Shown piece by piece: positions 27,458-36,516 of a DNA stretch of 64,000 bases. The stretch's first letter is position 1, and each line of letters starts with the position of its first letter. The position numbers and the translations under genes are program-made. Under the pieces are notes generated by a model, which was not told the origin of the DNA, did no database searches, and saw only the letters and a program-made list of their open reading frames with translations. This DNA is from Chlamydiales bacterium (lineage in GTDB: Bacteria > Chlamydiota > Chlamydiia > Chlamydiales > JACKPQ01): assembly GCA_024233435.1 (NCBI GenBank), contig JACKPQ010000001.1, positions 590,772 to 654,771 of the forward strand, read 5' to 3'.

Positions 27458-27461
27458 AAGT

Positions 27462-27872
27462 TTAAAAAAGCCCAAAGTTGCGCGCAACAAAGTAAGCGCA
27501 TGTTAAGACTGCAACGGCTGCACCTGCCCAAAGCAGATTGGGTAGCCATTTTACTCCCCCACCCATATGGCCTCGCACTTCCAAAGTACCTATCCCGTAA
27601 GCAAAGTCATAATTTTGGGTAGGCAACTTGAAAGCTTGTGGGTATTCACGAATAATTTTCTCAATATCTATATTCAAAAAATTTGCGTACTGGCGCATGA
27701 ATCCCAATGCATAAACCGAAGATAAAAATTCATCAAGGCGCCCTTCTTCGATAGCATCTAGATAATTCGAGCGAATCGATGTTGCATTTTCTACATCCTT
27801 TACAGAAAGACTTCTCTCCTTACGCTTTGCTCTAAAAAATTGGCCGATTCTCTTTATTTCTTCTGACGCCAT
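27462..27872 (-). CDS. rodZ: RodZ-like cytoskeleton protein (XRE-type HTH plus a C-terminal TM anchor)
   Basis: 136 aa. IGQFFRAKRKERSLSVKDVENATSIRSNYLDAIEEGRLDEF is the RodZ-type HTH. The C-terminal TM is LLWAGAAVAVLTCAYFV. It sits immediately upstream of pkn1. Confidence 0.7.
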   Translation of the reverse strand: MASEEIKRIGQFFRAKRKERSLSVKDVENATSIRSNYLDAIEEGRLDEFLSSVYALGFMRQYANFLNIDIEKIIREYPQAFKLPTQNYDFAYGIGTLEVRGHMGGGVKWLPNLLWAGAAVAVLTCAYFVARNFGLF

Positions 27873-27890
27873 AATTCACCTTTATATTCC

Positions 27891-28850
27891 ATGTATTCAC
27901 CAGTCTACACGAAAGAACAATTTCGTCAAAATACGTTTCTTTGTATGATGTACTTTATGAACCACTACCTGAAACAAATTGATTTAGCCCATGCTGCAAA
28001 GTTGCAAAATGATTTGCCCGAGCAAGGTTTTGCAATGAGCCAGCCTCAGCACACTATTTTCCAAGCTAAAAGGCCAGGCGTTACCTGTACCCTTTACGAA
28101 TCGGGCAAATTAATGGTACAGGGCAAGGGCAAGGATGAGTTCATTGAATATTACATTGAGCCCCTTATCGGAGACTTTTCTTTTTCCCACCCTGAAATGA
28201 ATCTGAATATGACACCTCACATTGGCGTTGACGAAGCTGGTAAAGGAGATTTTTTTGGACCGCTTGTTGTCGCTGCTGTCTATGCCGACGAAGCGCGCAT
28301 CAAATATCTTCTTGAAGAGGGCGTTTGTGACAGCAAACGCCTTTCTGACACAATGATCGTACGCTTAGCAAACAAACTGCGCAAGCTCCCCCACTCCATC
28401 GTAAAAATCACACCTCCAAAGTATAACGATCTTTACTCCAGTTTTGGCAATCTCAACACACTGCTTGCTTGGGGCCACGCCACAGCCATCGAAGAACTCC
28501 ATGAAAAAACGCAATGTAAAAACGTGCTGATCGATCAATTTGCCAACGAGATTGTTGTAGAATCTGCCTTAGCAAAAAAAAAGCTATCCCTTAACTTAGA
28601 CCAGCGCCATAAAGGTGAAGAGGACCCCGTTGTTGCAGCAGCATCCATCCTAGCACGAGATGGATTTCTTCATGGAATTGAAGCCCTTGGCAAAAAAGTT
28701 GAAATGGAACTGCCAAAAGGCGCATCAAAACAGGTCATTGCTGCCGGAAAGCGCCTTGTTGCAAAGCATGGACCTGACATCTTAAAAGAGGTGGGCAAGC
28801 TGCACTTTCGCACACGCAATGAGATTTTGCAGGACTCCTTTCTATGCTAA
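27891..28850 (+). CDS. rnhC: Ribonuclease HIII
   Basis: 319-aa ORF. The start may be an internal Met such as MNHYLKQ. The catalytic motif is GVDEAGKGDFFGPLVVAAV, preceded by an N-terminal TBP-like extension typical of HIII. SKRLSD and AAASILAR are also present. Confidence 0.85.
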   Translation: MYSPVYTKEQFRQNTFLCMMYFMNHYLKQIDLAHAAKLQNDLPEQGFAMSQPQHTIFQAKRPGVTCTLYESGKLMVQGKGKDEFIEYYIEPLIGDFSFSHPEMNLNMTPHIGVDEAGKGDFFGPLVVAAVYADEARIKYLLEEGVCDSKRLSDTMIVRLANKLRKLPHSIVKITPPKYNDLYSSFGNLNTLLAWGHATAIEELHEKTQCKNVLIDQFANEIVVESALAKKKLSLNLDQRHKGEEDPVVAAASILARDGFLHGIEALGKKVEMELPKGASKQVIAAGKRLVAKHGPDILKEVGKLHFRTRNEILQDSFLC

Positions 28851-30367
28851 CATCTTTAAAGCTTCAAAACGTCATTCTCATCGATGCTTGCACCATTGAC
28901 TTCAAGCAGGGCTTAAACATCATCACCGGAGAAACCGGCGCTGGTAAAAGCGCAATCATGCATTCCATTGCGGCCCTTCTCGGGGCCCGCGCTGACTCAT
29001 CTCTTGTCCGCAAAGACTCCGATGCTGCCATCATCGAAGGGATCTTCGACCTTCCATCGGACTCCCCTGTCTGGCCTCTTCTTGACGAGGCAGGAATCAG
29101 AGCTGACTCATCAGAACCTCTTATTATTCGACGCGAAATTTCAAAAAAAAGTCGCCTTTGGATCCAATCCCAACCAGCCTCCCTTGCCCTCCTTTGCGAC
29201 ATCAGCACATTTCTCGCTGAGCAAGTCGACCAGGGCGCTTCGCAGCTCCTCAAATCCACTAGCGCGCAGCTAAACTTACTCGACACATTTGGTAAGCACG
29301 ATTTGACTCCCTATCAAGCAACCCTAAAAATGCCAGACCCACAACCCATCGCTCCGCTGCAAGCCGAGCTCGATGAAATCGAGGCCCTAGCCCTTCAAGA
29401 AAACGAAGAAGAATCTCTCTTCACTGAGCACAGCCGCATGGCCAACAACCAGTCTTTGAATGAGCAGTGCACATATCTCACGCAAGCCCTATCAGAAATC
29501 ACCTCGCAATTTCAGCCCATCAAGCGCCTTACCAAAAACCTCACTCATCTCGATCCCTCTTTAGAAGAACATGAATCGCTTATTACATCAGCCCTTTGCA
29601 ACCTGCAAGAGGCCGAGCTTGCCTATACACGCTACCTTGACTCCTTAGAATTTTGCCCAAGCCGCTTCAGCGAGATCGAAACCCGCTTATCTGAAATCAA
29701 CCGCCTCAAACGCAAAATCGGCTGCAGCTTTGAAGATTTGCTTGCACGCGCCGATGAGCTAAAACTCCAAATTGAAACAGCTCAAAATGCAGATCAAATC
29801 CGCAATGAGCTGCAACAAGAGCAAAAGCGCCTTGCCAACGCTTTAACTGCACAAAGAGAGTCCTGCGCCAAAACCCTATCGAATGCACTGACAGAGCAAT
29901 TGCACTCACTGAACATGCCAAAAGCCAAAGTTACCATTCAAATAGAAAAAACACCCCTGACCTCAACTGGCCAAGACCAAATCACATTCCTGCTAGCAGC
30001 CAATCCTGGCGAAGCTGCCATCCCGATTCAATCTTGCGCAAGTGGCGGTGAGCTATCCCGCCTCCTCCTAGCCATCAAGCTCTTATTAACAGCCCACACA
30101 CCAACGCTTATTTTCGATGAAATTGACAGCAACATCGGTGGCCAAACGGCCACCCTCATAGGTGAAAAACTGAAAACGCTCGGACAAAACACACAAGTGA
30201 TCTGCATCACCCATTTTCCCCAAGTAGCAAAACAGGCCGATCACCATCTGCAAATCACAAAATCCGAAGACTCCGGCAGAACGCTGACACTTGTAAAAGA
30301 GCTTGCAACGCTTGAGCGCAAAACCGAAATCGAAAGAATGATGGGGCTAGACATGCCCCCTGTCTAA
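28844..30367 (+). CDS. recN: DNA repair protein RecN
   Basis: 507 aa. The N-terminus is LNIITGETGAGKSAIMHSIAALLG. A coiled-coil middle is followed by the C-terminal ASGGELSRLLLAIK and LIFDEIDSNIGG. It overlaps rnhC by 7 nt. Confidence 0.9.
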   Translation: MLTSLKLQNVILIDACTIDFKQGLNIITGETGAGKSAIMHSIAALLGARADSSLVRKDSDAAIIEGIFDLPSDSPVWPLLDEAGIRADSSEPLIIRREISKKSRLWIQSQPASLALLCDISTFLAEQVDQGASQLLKSTSAQLNLLDTFGKHDLTPYQATLKMPDPQPIAPLQAELDEIEALALQENEEESLFTEHSRMANNQSLNEQCTYLTQALSEITSQFQPIKRLTKNLTHLDPSLEEHESLITSALCNLQEAELAYTRYLDSLEFCPSRFSEIETRLSEINRLKRKIGCSFEDLLARADELKLQIETAQNADQIRNELQQEQKRLANALTAQRESCAKTLSNALTEQLHSLNMPKAKVTIQIEKTPLTSTGQDQITFLLAANPGEAAIPIQSCASGGELSRLLLAIKLLLTAHTPTLIFDEIDSNIGGQTATLIGEKLKTLGQNTQVICITHFPQVAKQADHHLQITKSEDSGRTLTLVKELATLERKTEIERMMGLDMPPV

Positions 30368-31605
30368 GAACGGGCCCAGCCTGACATTCTTGTTACTAAA
30401 TATAGAGGAACAGCTCGAGCATCATACTTTGCGCCTGCTTTAATTAGATGTTCCAGAACTTTACTCACTACACTATCTTCATGAATCCAAATAGCTGCCT
30501 CATTAATCTTACGAAGCAACGTATTGATAGGTGAATAACCCATGTCATTAAACGGCTCAGCGCCGTTTTTAACAAGCATCATAAAATACTGCAGGTTTAC
30601 ATTAACTCCATGCCTTTGGAATAAAATCTCCAGACATTGAATCTTTCTAAGGCAGGCTCCACAGTCAAGCAAACGTTTTAAAGAATCCGTCTTCTGTAAG
30701 TGCGTCGCAGTCTCTATAAGTTTATTCAATACAGATTCGTCTATTTTCCGATTCAGTTGACGAAATGCCCCTATTTCCCTAGCACGCAACTGCCTAATCA
30801 TGTCAGTCGACTGAATGAGCTTGAATTCTTTTAACCAAAATGAATGCAAGACCTTGTCTCTAGGATGTGAAATAAATAGCATCTCTAAAATCAAAAATTT
30901 AACTTGTTCACGATCAAAAAAATCAAGCATCAGCCGATATTTTTCTAAATCACAATCTTCAACCACCCCTAGAGCCCTTAAAGAACCACAATCACCAGCT
31001 AACAAAAACAAGCAAAAAAGCACGCTATAATTTTTTCTCTTTAGAGCAAGTCTGATCATTGAGGCGATATTAGAATCCAAGGCGCCAGCCTGCTGATGAT
31101 CTTTCATGTAATGACGGCATGCTTGTATAGCTACTTTCCCATTGCCATTTGCTATCAATTTATTATTCGTATTATGAAATTCCATGGCTTCTTCAGGAGT
31201 TTTAAAAGAGCAAAATCTATCCATCAAAGAAGGCCTAGATGGGATCAGACTTAACAATTTGTTATTTTCTTTTTTAATTTCAAGGTCTAGCCAATGACAT
31301 TCTAGCAATCCTAAAAATACTCCACATGCAATTAATGCTACGCATAATATCGGCATTTTAAGGGATAAAGTTCGTAATGCCATGCCACAAAGCACTCCAG
31401 GAAGCGGACTTAAAATATCACCATTGTATGGTAAAATATCTCTTTTCCGCAAATCTACCCCCTTAAAATCACAACTTTTAATAAAAACAACACGTGATAT
31501 AACTGCTATTGCAACCATATGGGGATAACAGGAAATGGTCCATAAAAAAACTCTTTTATACCCATTTAAAATACAAGAAACGACCATACACGGTTTCATC
31601 TTCAA
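30364..31605 (-). CDS. Membrane-anchored ankyrin-repeat-like orphan protein (paralog 1)
   Basis: 413 aa. It has an N-terminal hydrophobic pair. The C-terminal ankyrin-like segments are LKRLLDCGA, MMLVKNGAEPFNDMGYSPINTLL and LEHLIKAGAKYDA. Collinear similarity to the adjacent ORF includes NNKLIANG..AIQAC, KNYSVLFCLF and FWLKEF. Confidence 0.7.
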   Translation of the reverse strand: MKMKPCMVVSCILNGYKRVFLWTISCYPHMVAIAVISRVVFIKSCDFKGVDLRKRDILPYNGDILSPLPGVLCGMALRTLSLKMPILCVALIACGVFLGLLECHWLDLEIKKENNKLLSLIPSRPSLMDRFCSFKTPEEAMEFHNTNNKLIANGNGKVAIQACRHYMKDHQQAGALDSNIASMIRLALKRKNYSVLFCLFLLAGDCGSLRALGVVEDCDLEKYRLMLDFFDREQVKFLILEMLFISHPRDKVLHSFWLKEFKLIQSTDMIRQLRAREIGAFRQLNRKIDESVLNKLIETATHLQKTDSLKRLLDCGACLRKIQCLEILFQRHGVNVNLQYFMMLVKNGAEPFNDMGYSPINTLLRKINEAAIWIHEDSVVSKVLEHLIKAGAKYDARAVPLYLVTRMSGWARS

Positions 31606-31607
31606 AT

Positions 31608-32882
31608 TTACCTTTGGTTACTAACCCAACTTTGCAAATGCCGAGGTACAGAATTGGCATTATATTTGACACCCGAATCAATGAGATAGCGAATAATTTT
31701 CCACTCGTTAGAATTTTCTGAATAATCCATGTATAGGGATTCCATGAATACGAAGTCAAGAATTGAAAGACCCTTACATTTGTGGTGCAGGTTCGCTCCA
31801 AAACGCACTAGCAAGTCAAGAAAATCAGTGTTTATTTCTCTATGAAATTCCCTTTTGATTAGCTTCCAAACCGGGGTTTGACCATTTAAGCTATCTGTAA
31901 AATTCACATTTGCACCTTGTGTGATTAAGAATTTTAGATATTCCTGATTTTGTGACATAACCGCTCGAATCAGTAAGGAATTTAATTGATCAACATGCAG
32001 AGCGCCTGAAAGCCTTGGAACGCCCCCTTTTTCTCTCATACGAAGCTGAGCAGGGCTTGGGAATTTTACATGCCTTATGCTTGACAACCAAAACAAACGC
32101 AACTCTTCAGACACCGGGCGACAAAGAATAAGCAGCCATAAACAAAAATAATCGACATTTTGAGAGCCAAAAATCTTTGAGAACAATTTGTATTGATGAA
32201 TGTCTTTATTCTCAAGCATTCTGATTACCCCTATCATAAAGGGAACAGTTGTTATTTGACTGAAGCAAATTAATAAACTGTAATTACGCGTCTCAAGTGA
32301 GTGCAATATACCATCTCTTATTGCTGCCTCATCAACATTGTCTAACCTAACCACCGTATCAGAATTCCTGTCTGCTGTGGGTAATACGAACCATACGCTA
32401 ATTTCTGGATGACTTTCTCTATAGGATTTAGTGTATTGCTCACACGCTTTTATGGCCTCTTCTATTTGCCCATTCTTAATTAATTGGTTATTTTCCCTAT
32501 AAAATTTTAAAGCTTCATTAGGAGTCGAAGAGCCAGCATCCGAAAAAAAATTAAGAATTTTGTTTTGCTCTATCTCAGTCAGTCGCTTAATTCGATGCAG
32601 ATCTGTCAGGCCCCAAAACACACCCCACGCAAGAAGAGCCACACCAACCACTACCTTTTTCAAAGGCAGCGCCACTAATATAGGAACAACAATTAAAGAA
32701 ACTATAAGGGAAGCCTCTTTGCAGTAATCCTTTGGCAAACGCTCTTGAGAAATGCCACAATATGCCCGACCTTTTCGAAGGACAGCTCGAGCAATGTTAG
32801 CAACGACATAGAAACTGGCAGTCGAGGCTCCAGCCCACAAAAGCACTTTTAGAGATGTATTGGCAATATCTTGAACTTTCAT
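31608..32882 (-). CDS. Membrane-anchored ankyrin-repeat-like orphan protein (paralog 2)
   Basis: The track ORF is 31608..33002. I prefer the ATG at 32882 (MKVQDIANTSL), which avoids overlap with the upstream gene. Ankyrin-like segments are LKFLITQGANVNFTDSLNGQTPVWKLI, LLVRFGANLHHKCKGLSILDF and IRYLIDSGVKYNA. Confidence 0.7.
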   Translation of the reverse strand: MKVQDIANTSLKVLLWAGASTASFYVVANIARAVLRKGRAYCGISQERLPKDYCKEASLIVSLIVVPILVALPLKKVVVGVALLAWGVFWGLTDLHRIKRLTEIEQNKILNFFSDAGSSTPNEALKFYRENNQLIKNGQIEEAIKACEQYTKSYRESHPEISVWFVLPTADRNSDTVVRLDNVDEAAIRDGILHSLETRNYSLLICFSQITTVPFMIGVIRMLENKDIHQYKLFSKIFGSQNVDYFCLWLLILCRPVSEELRLFWLSSIRHVKFPSPAQLRMREKGGVPRLSGALHVDQLNSLLIRAVMSQNQEYLKFLITQGANVNFTDSLNGQTPVWKLIKREFHREINTDFLDLLVRFGANLHHKCKGLSILDFVFMESLYMDYSENSNEWKIIRYLIDSGVKYNANSVPRHLQSWVSNQR

Positions 32883-32953
32883 GTCGGAAATTATATATAT
32901 AATTGCAAATAACTGCCATAAGAATAAACATTTTAATTGATAACTAAGTTTTC

Positions 32954-33379
32954 CTAGAGGAGGGTGACCATGTAGAGCACTAGAAAACCACGGGCTGTCC
33001 ATAGAATGGTGCGAATCCAGTTGGTTGATAGCAGCATGTGGTGGATCTTTTTAGAATAATGGACCGAGAGCTTCTGATGCTGCTGCACTTGGAAAATACA
33101 GGTAGAAATCCAGATGATAGTCAAAGCAACAAAGTTTGCGGTAGCAAGCTTAATGAGCAATGGCGTTGGAGCAAGGCCGATGAGTAAAAGGGCGGTTAGA
33201 ACTTCTAAAATCATGACCGGACCCATGAGCCAAATTGTGCGTCTTAGGTAAGAGCGCTCATATGAGGTAAATCCATCTTTAATTTTATGATACAAAGGAT
33301 AATGGATCATCTGGTTAAACCAGATGATCCCGACCATGACCCATGTTAACGCCAAATGAATAAGGAGTGTTGCAATCAT
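32954..33379 (-). CDS. Small integral membrane protein (4 TM), function unknown
   Basis: 141 aa with four hydrophobic helices and IHYPLYHKI after TM1. Its start overlaps the stop of the upstream ORF (TAATG), which suggests translational coupling. Confidence 0.65.
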   Translation of the reverse strand: MIATLLIHLALTWVMVGIIWFNQMIHYPLYHKIKDGFTSYERSYLRRTIWLMGPVMILEVLTALLLIGLAPTPLLIKLATANFVALTIIWISTCIFQVQQHQKLSVHYSKKIHHMLLSTNWIRTILWTARGFLVLYMVTLL

Positions 33380-33951
33380 TATTTTACAATCTCAAAACTG
33401 CTTACAAAATGGTTATAGTTACTTTCTGTGTAGTTATGGACTTCACATTCCATAGCTAGTAAATAAAGTTGATTTTTTGCCATGATCGCGCGCCCTTTAA
33501 AGTAGACATTGTCACTTGAGCGAATGAAGAAATCAAGAGCTTTATAACCTTGGATTTCAATAAGATCAGCAAAAATAAGCTTGTTTCCTGGATTTTGGTG
33601 CAAAATGCCATTTAAAAATGTCTCCAAGCTAAGCTCAGCGTAGCTATCGTCGACAAAATCTGGATACTGTGCAACTAAAACCATATAAACCTCGCGGTCT
33701 TGGTTAGCTGCAACATAAACATCGTAGCGCATGTCAAAATCTTCATCCGGAGCAGATAGCGTCTGTTGCATATGCTCTGGGTGCTCTGGAAATGAGATTT
33801 TGTAGTTATTGCCAACAGCATGAAATTGCTTCCACGCGGCATTGTTTTCTTGCACTTGGTACGGCACGCGATTTGGTGCTGTCCAAACAGTTGCACCCAC
33901 CAGCAAGCAGCCGATTGCGATACACACCTTAGTCATTGGTCTAATGGCCAT
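33379..33951 (-). CDS. Secreted protein, function unknown
   Basis: 190 aa. The N-terminus is signal-like (KVCIAIGCLLVGATVWTAP). The body is a mixed alpha/beta globular sequence. I recognise no family. Confidence 0.65.
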   Translation of the reverse strand: MAIRPMTKVCIAIGCLLVGATVWTAPNRVPYQVQENNAAWKQFHAVGNNYKISFPEHPEHMQQTLSAPDEDFDMRYDVYVAANQDREVYMVLVAQYPDFVDDSYAELSLETFLNGILHQNPGNKLIFADLIEIQGYKALDFFIRSSDNVYFKGRAIMAKNQLYLLAMECEVHNYTESNYNHFVSSFEIVK

Positions 33952-33981
33952 TTTCTTATCCCCCTATTATTCCGATATTTT

Positions 33982-34620
33982 TTAACTTCCGCCACCGATC
34001 ACAAGTCCTAAAACCCATGTCAGCAGATATATAAACACAACCCAAACGATGATTCCCAAGACGACATTTAAGAAAGCCATCCAGGCAGAAAAACCCTGGA
34101 CCTCACCTAAAGCATGTAGGAAAATCACAAACATCCATATAGCCACTGCAAGCTGCAAGATGAGCGCTAGTTGCAAGATTGCCCCATGCACACTGGAGTA
34201 GAGCATCGTTGGAAAATTTGCTAAAAAGACGTGGGATCCAAAGGTAATAATGAGGATCAACCACAATGCAATGTTTACAGTATTGGGTACGCTAGACCAC
34301 GCAAAAGCTGCGCGGATTTCTCTAAAGGTTCCTTTCCCTTTTACAAGTTTACCAGTGAGCATAATCAGAAAGCTGTTGATGCAAAAGCCGATAAACCCAA
34401 CTGGAATAGCAAGTGCCACACAAATAAGGAGAATGAGCCAAAAGTTGAGATTGACGCCCCATGACAACTTTTGAGCAAGATAGAATAAACTTGGCAACGC
34501 GTAGACTAAAGATAGCCAAACAAGTCGGTAATTGGGATTTGTTTTAACAATCTGGCGAATTGTCTCACGTGGGCGTATCCACATTTTCCACCAAGGATTG
34601 AATCCAAGCTTCTCTTTCAT
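33982..34620 (-). CDS. Yip1-domain-like multi-pass membrane protein
   Basis: The track ORF is 33982..34638. The ATG at 34620 (MKEKLGFNPWW) is preceded by GAGGAGAGGG. The N-terminus WIRPRETIRQIVKTNP is followed by 5 TM helices, a layout like Yip1/DUF1282 proteins. Confidence 0.6.
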   Translation of the reverse strand: MKEKLGFNPWWKMWIRPRETIRQIVKTNPNYRLVWLSLVYALPSLFYLAQKLSWGVNLNFWLILLICVALAIPVGFIGFCINSFLIMLTGKLVKGKGTFREIRAAFAWSSVPNTVNIALWLILIITFGSHVFLANFPTMLYSSVHGAILQLALILQLAVAIWMFVIFLHALGEVQGFSAWMAFLNVVLGIIVWVVFIYLLTWVLGLVIGGGS

Positions 34621-34794
34621 ACCCTCTCCTCTAGGCAATCATTGCCTAATTTAGTATTGGCGTCATATTGGCCAACTCCTTAGTTTTAATTTATAATAAA
34701 TCCTATAATTAATCAATATTAAAATTAACAAACATAAATAAACTATAATTGGTTTTATATAATTGCAAAATTAAGATGGGCAACAATTGCCCAG

Positions 34795-34820
34795 CAAAAA
34801 AGCAGCGTCATAGACGCTGC
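34795..34820 (-). terminator. Rho-independent terminator
   Basis: On the minus strand, GCAGCGTC-TAT-GACGCTGC (8-bp GC-rich stem, 34802-34820) is followed directly by TTTTTTG. It lies about 40 nt downstream of the stop of the 34860..35282 gene. A second hairpin, GGGCAA-TTG-TTGCCC (34778-34792), follows. Confidence 0.8.
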
Positions 34821-34859
34821 CTGAAGTTCTGAAACAGAAATGTCACGGAATCTGAGGGT

Positions 34860-35282
34860 TTACTCTTTAGGTTCAGTTTCAGACAAGTCGATTGGAGGTT
34901 TTAGATTAGCATCTAAATCTAGACTGTTGAAAAGCTCATTGTAATTTGGCACCCATGGATTGCCTTGAATTTTCAAAACTGAAGTGAATTTTGCAAAAGC
35001 ATTAGGATAGTTCAGAGCAATAAAATGCGTGGTTCCATGTAAAAATACCGCTGTAGCAACAAGGGAGACACTTAATCCAACAACCTTTCCAGGAATGGAT
35101 CCAAACAAGAAAGAAGAAATGATAGCCTTTGGGACCAGACTTCCTGCATAGAGCGCAAACGCAGCAATGAGTTCAACGTTAACCCAATACTGTATGTTGT
35201 CGATTTTATCACTGTTTGCTTGAGCACTTTCATGAAACACCTGGCCATTTACGTAGTCTTGAGCTATTGATAACAACGCCAT
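34860..35282 (-). CDS. Small membrane protein with a bilobed hydrophobic domain (Inc-like candidate)
   Basis: 140 aa. AAGGAG lies 7 nt upstream of the ATG. Two adjacent TM helices, VELIAAFALYAGSLVPKAII and VVGLSVSLVATAVFLHG, are separated by a short loop. The gene has its own terminator. Confidence 0.65.
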   Translation of the reverse strand: MALLSIAQDYVNGQVFHESAQANSDKIDNIQYWVNVELIAAFALYAGSLVPKAIISSFLFGSIPGKVVGLSVSLVATAVFLHGTTHFIALNYPNAFAKFTSVLKIQGNPWVPNYNELFNSLDLDANLKPPIDLSETEPKE

Positions 35283-35335
35283 ATGCGATCTCCTTTTGGT
35301 TGATATGATGGGCGAATTGTAGAAGTTTGGGCACT

Positions 35336-36490
35336 TTACATCAAGGCAATAACAACCATTAAAGTTAAAATCCCAAAGACAGGCGTCTTAACAGGCTTAA
35401 AGTCAAAAATCTTATAGAGTAAATTGACAATCGAAAGAGCTAAAAAGCTTGGATAGCAAATGCTTAAAACAGGAGCCAGCAGCTTTACAATTCCTGTAAA
35501 TCCAAGTAATGAGCAACATGCTGTGATCAAAAGAATGCCAGCTAGGGCACCTTTGTAGGAAATTTTATTTCGAAATACGTGGACCACAGTGAATTCTGAG
35601 CAGACAGCAGCAAGGCCAATAGCTGTTGTCAAGCAGGCCATGGAAACTGCTGATGCTATCACCATGCTTGCAATGGGTCCCATAACAAGATAGCCAACCG
35701 ATGGCAGTAACTGATCGGAGGATACATCATTAAGTAAATGGGAATGGGACGCAGCAAGCCAACCAAACCCAATATAGACAATGGTAAGAAGGCCAGCAGC
35801 TATACAACTTGCTTTTAGCGAAGTTTTTATGATTTTTCCGCTACGTCCGGCTGCGGTAAGTCTTGCCTCGATCGATTGATACACAATAGATGCAAAAAAG
35901 AAAGTGGCAAGCAGGTCCATCGTATTGTAGCCCTCTTTTAGCCCATAGAAGAAGGAGGAAGAATCAAAATGATCTAGGTTTACAGCATGGGGCGAAAAGA
36001 ATAACCCTTTTATAAGGATGGCAGATAAAAATAGGAGCAAAAGAGGCGTTAAGACATAGCCAACAAGAGCAATGATGCGGGATGGCTTGCAGCAAAAAAG
36101 GTAAATCAGGGTAACTGCGCCCAAAGTAAAATAGGTAAGATTTAGCCAAGGGAGATGCTGGCTAATAGAGGCATATGTTAGAGTCACACAACGAGGGATA
36201 CCGCCGAAGGGGCCAATAAGCCCTATTAAAAGAAAAAGCATCAACATCCCAGGAATCTTTCCGACACGTTTAAAAAAATCGAGATAATCCCCTTTATATA
36301 AGGTCATCGAAACCAAGCCAGTGAATGGGATAAGCACTGTGGTCAACAACATGCCTGCAAGAGCTGATAAAATTTTCCCCTCGACAAACCTGCCAACTAC
36401 AAGCGGAAAAACAAGGTTACCTGCACCAAAAAACATGGCAAATGTGGCAAAGCCACTCGATAGCGTTACGCTTTTAAGTTTTTTTATCAT
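35336..36490 (-). CDS. brnQ: Branched-chain amino acid transport system II carrier protein
   Basis: The track ORF is 35336..36562. I prefer the ATG at 36490 (MIKKLKSVTLSSGFATFAMFFGAGNLVFPL), which has the BrnQ signature FFGAGNL.FP. It has about 12 TM segments. Confidence 0.88.
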   Translation of the reverse strand: MIKKLKSVTLSSGFATFAMFFGAGNLVFPLVVGRFVEGKILSALAGMLLTTVLIPFTGLVSMTLYKGDYLDFFKRVGKIPGMLMLFLLIGLIGPFGGIPRCVTLTYASISQHLPWLNLTYFTLGAVTLIYLFCCKPSRIIALVGYVLTPLLLLFLSAILIKGLFFSPHAVNLDHFDSSSFFYGLKEGYNTMDLLATFFFASIVYQSIEARLTAAGRSGKIIKTSLKASCIAAGLLTIVYIGFGWLAASHSHLLNDVSSDQLLPSVGYLVMGPIASMVIASAVSMACLTTAIGLAAVCSEFTVVHVFRNKISYKGALAGILLITACCSLLGFTGIVKLLAPVLSICYPSFLALSIVNLLYKIFDFKPVKTPVFGILTLMVVIALM

Positions 36491-36516
36491 AGTGCTCAAG
36501 TATAATGCCTTAGGAA

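Noticed and set aside
32883-32910. A TTGCAA ... TATAAT promoter directly upstream of the preferred start of ankyrin paralog 2.
   Set aside because: The two hexamers are only 7 nt apart, which is incompatible with a functional -35/-10 pair. It is likely a chance match in AT-rich DNA.
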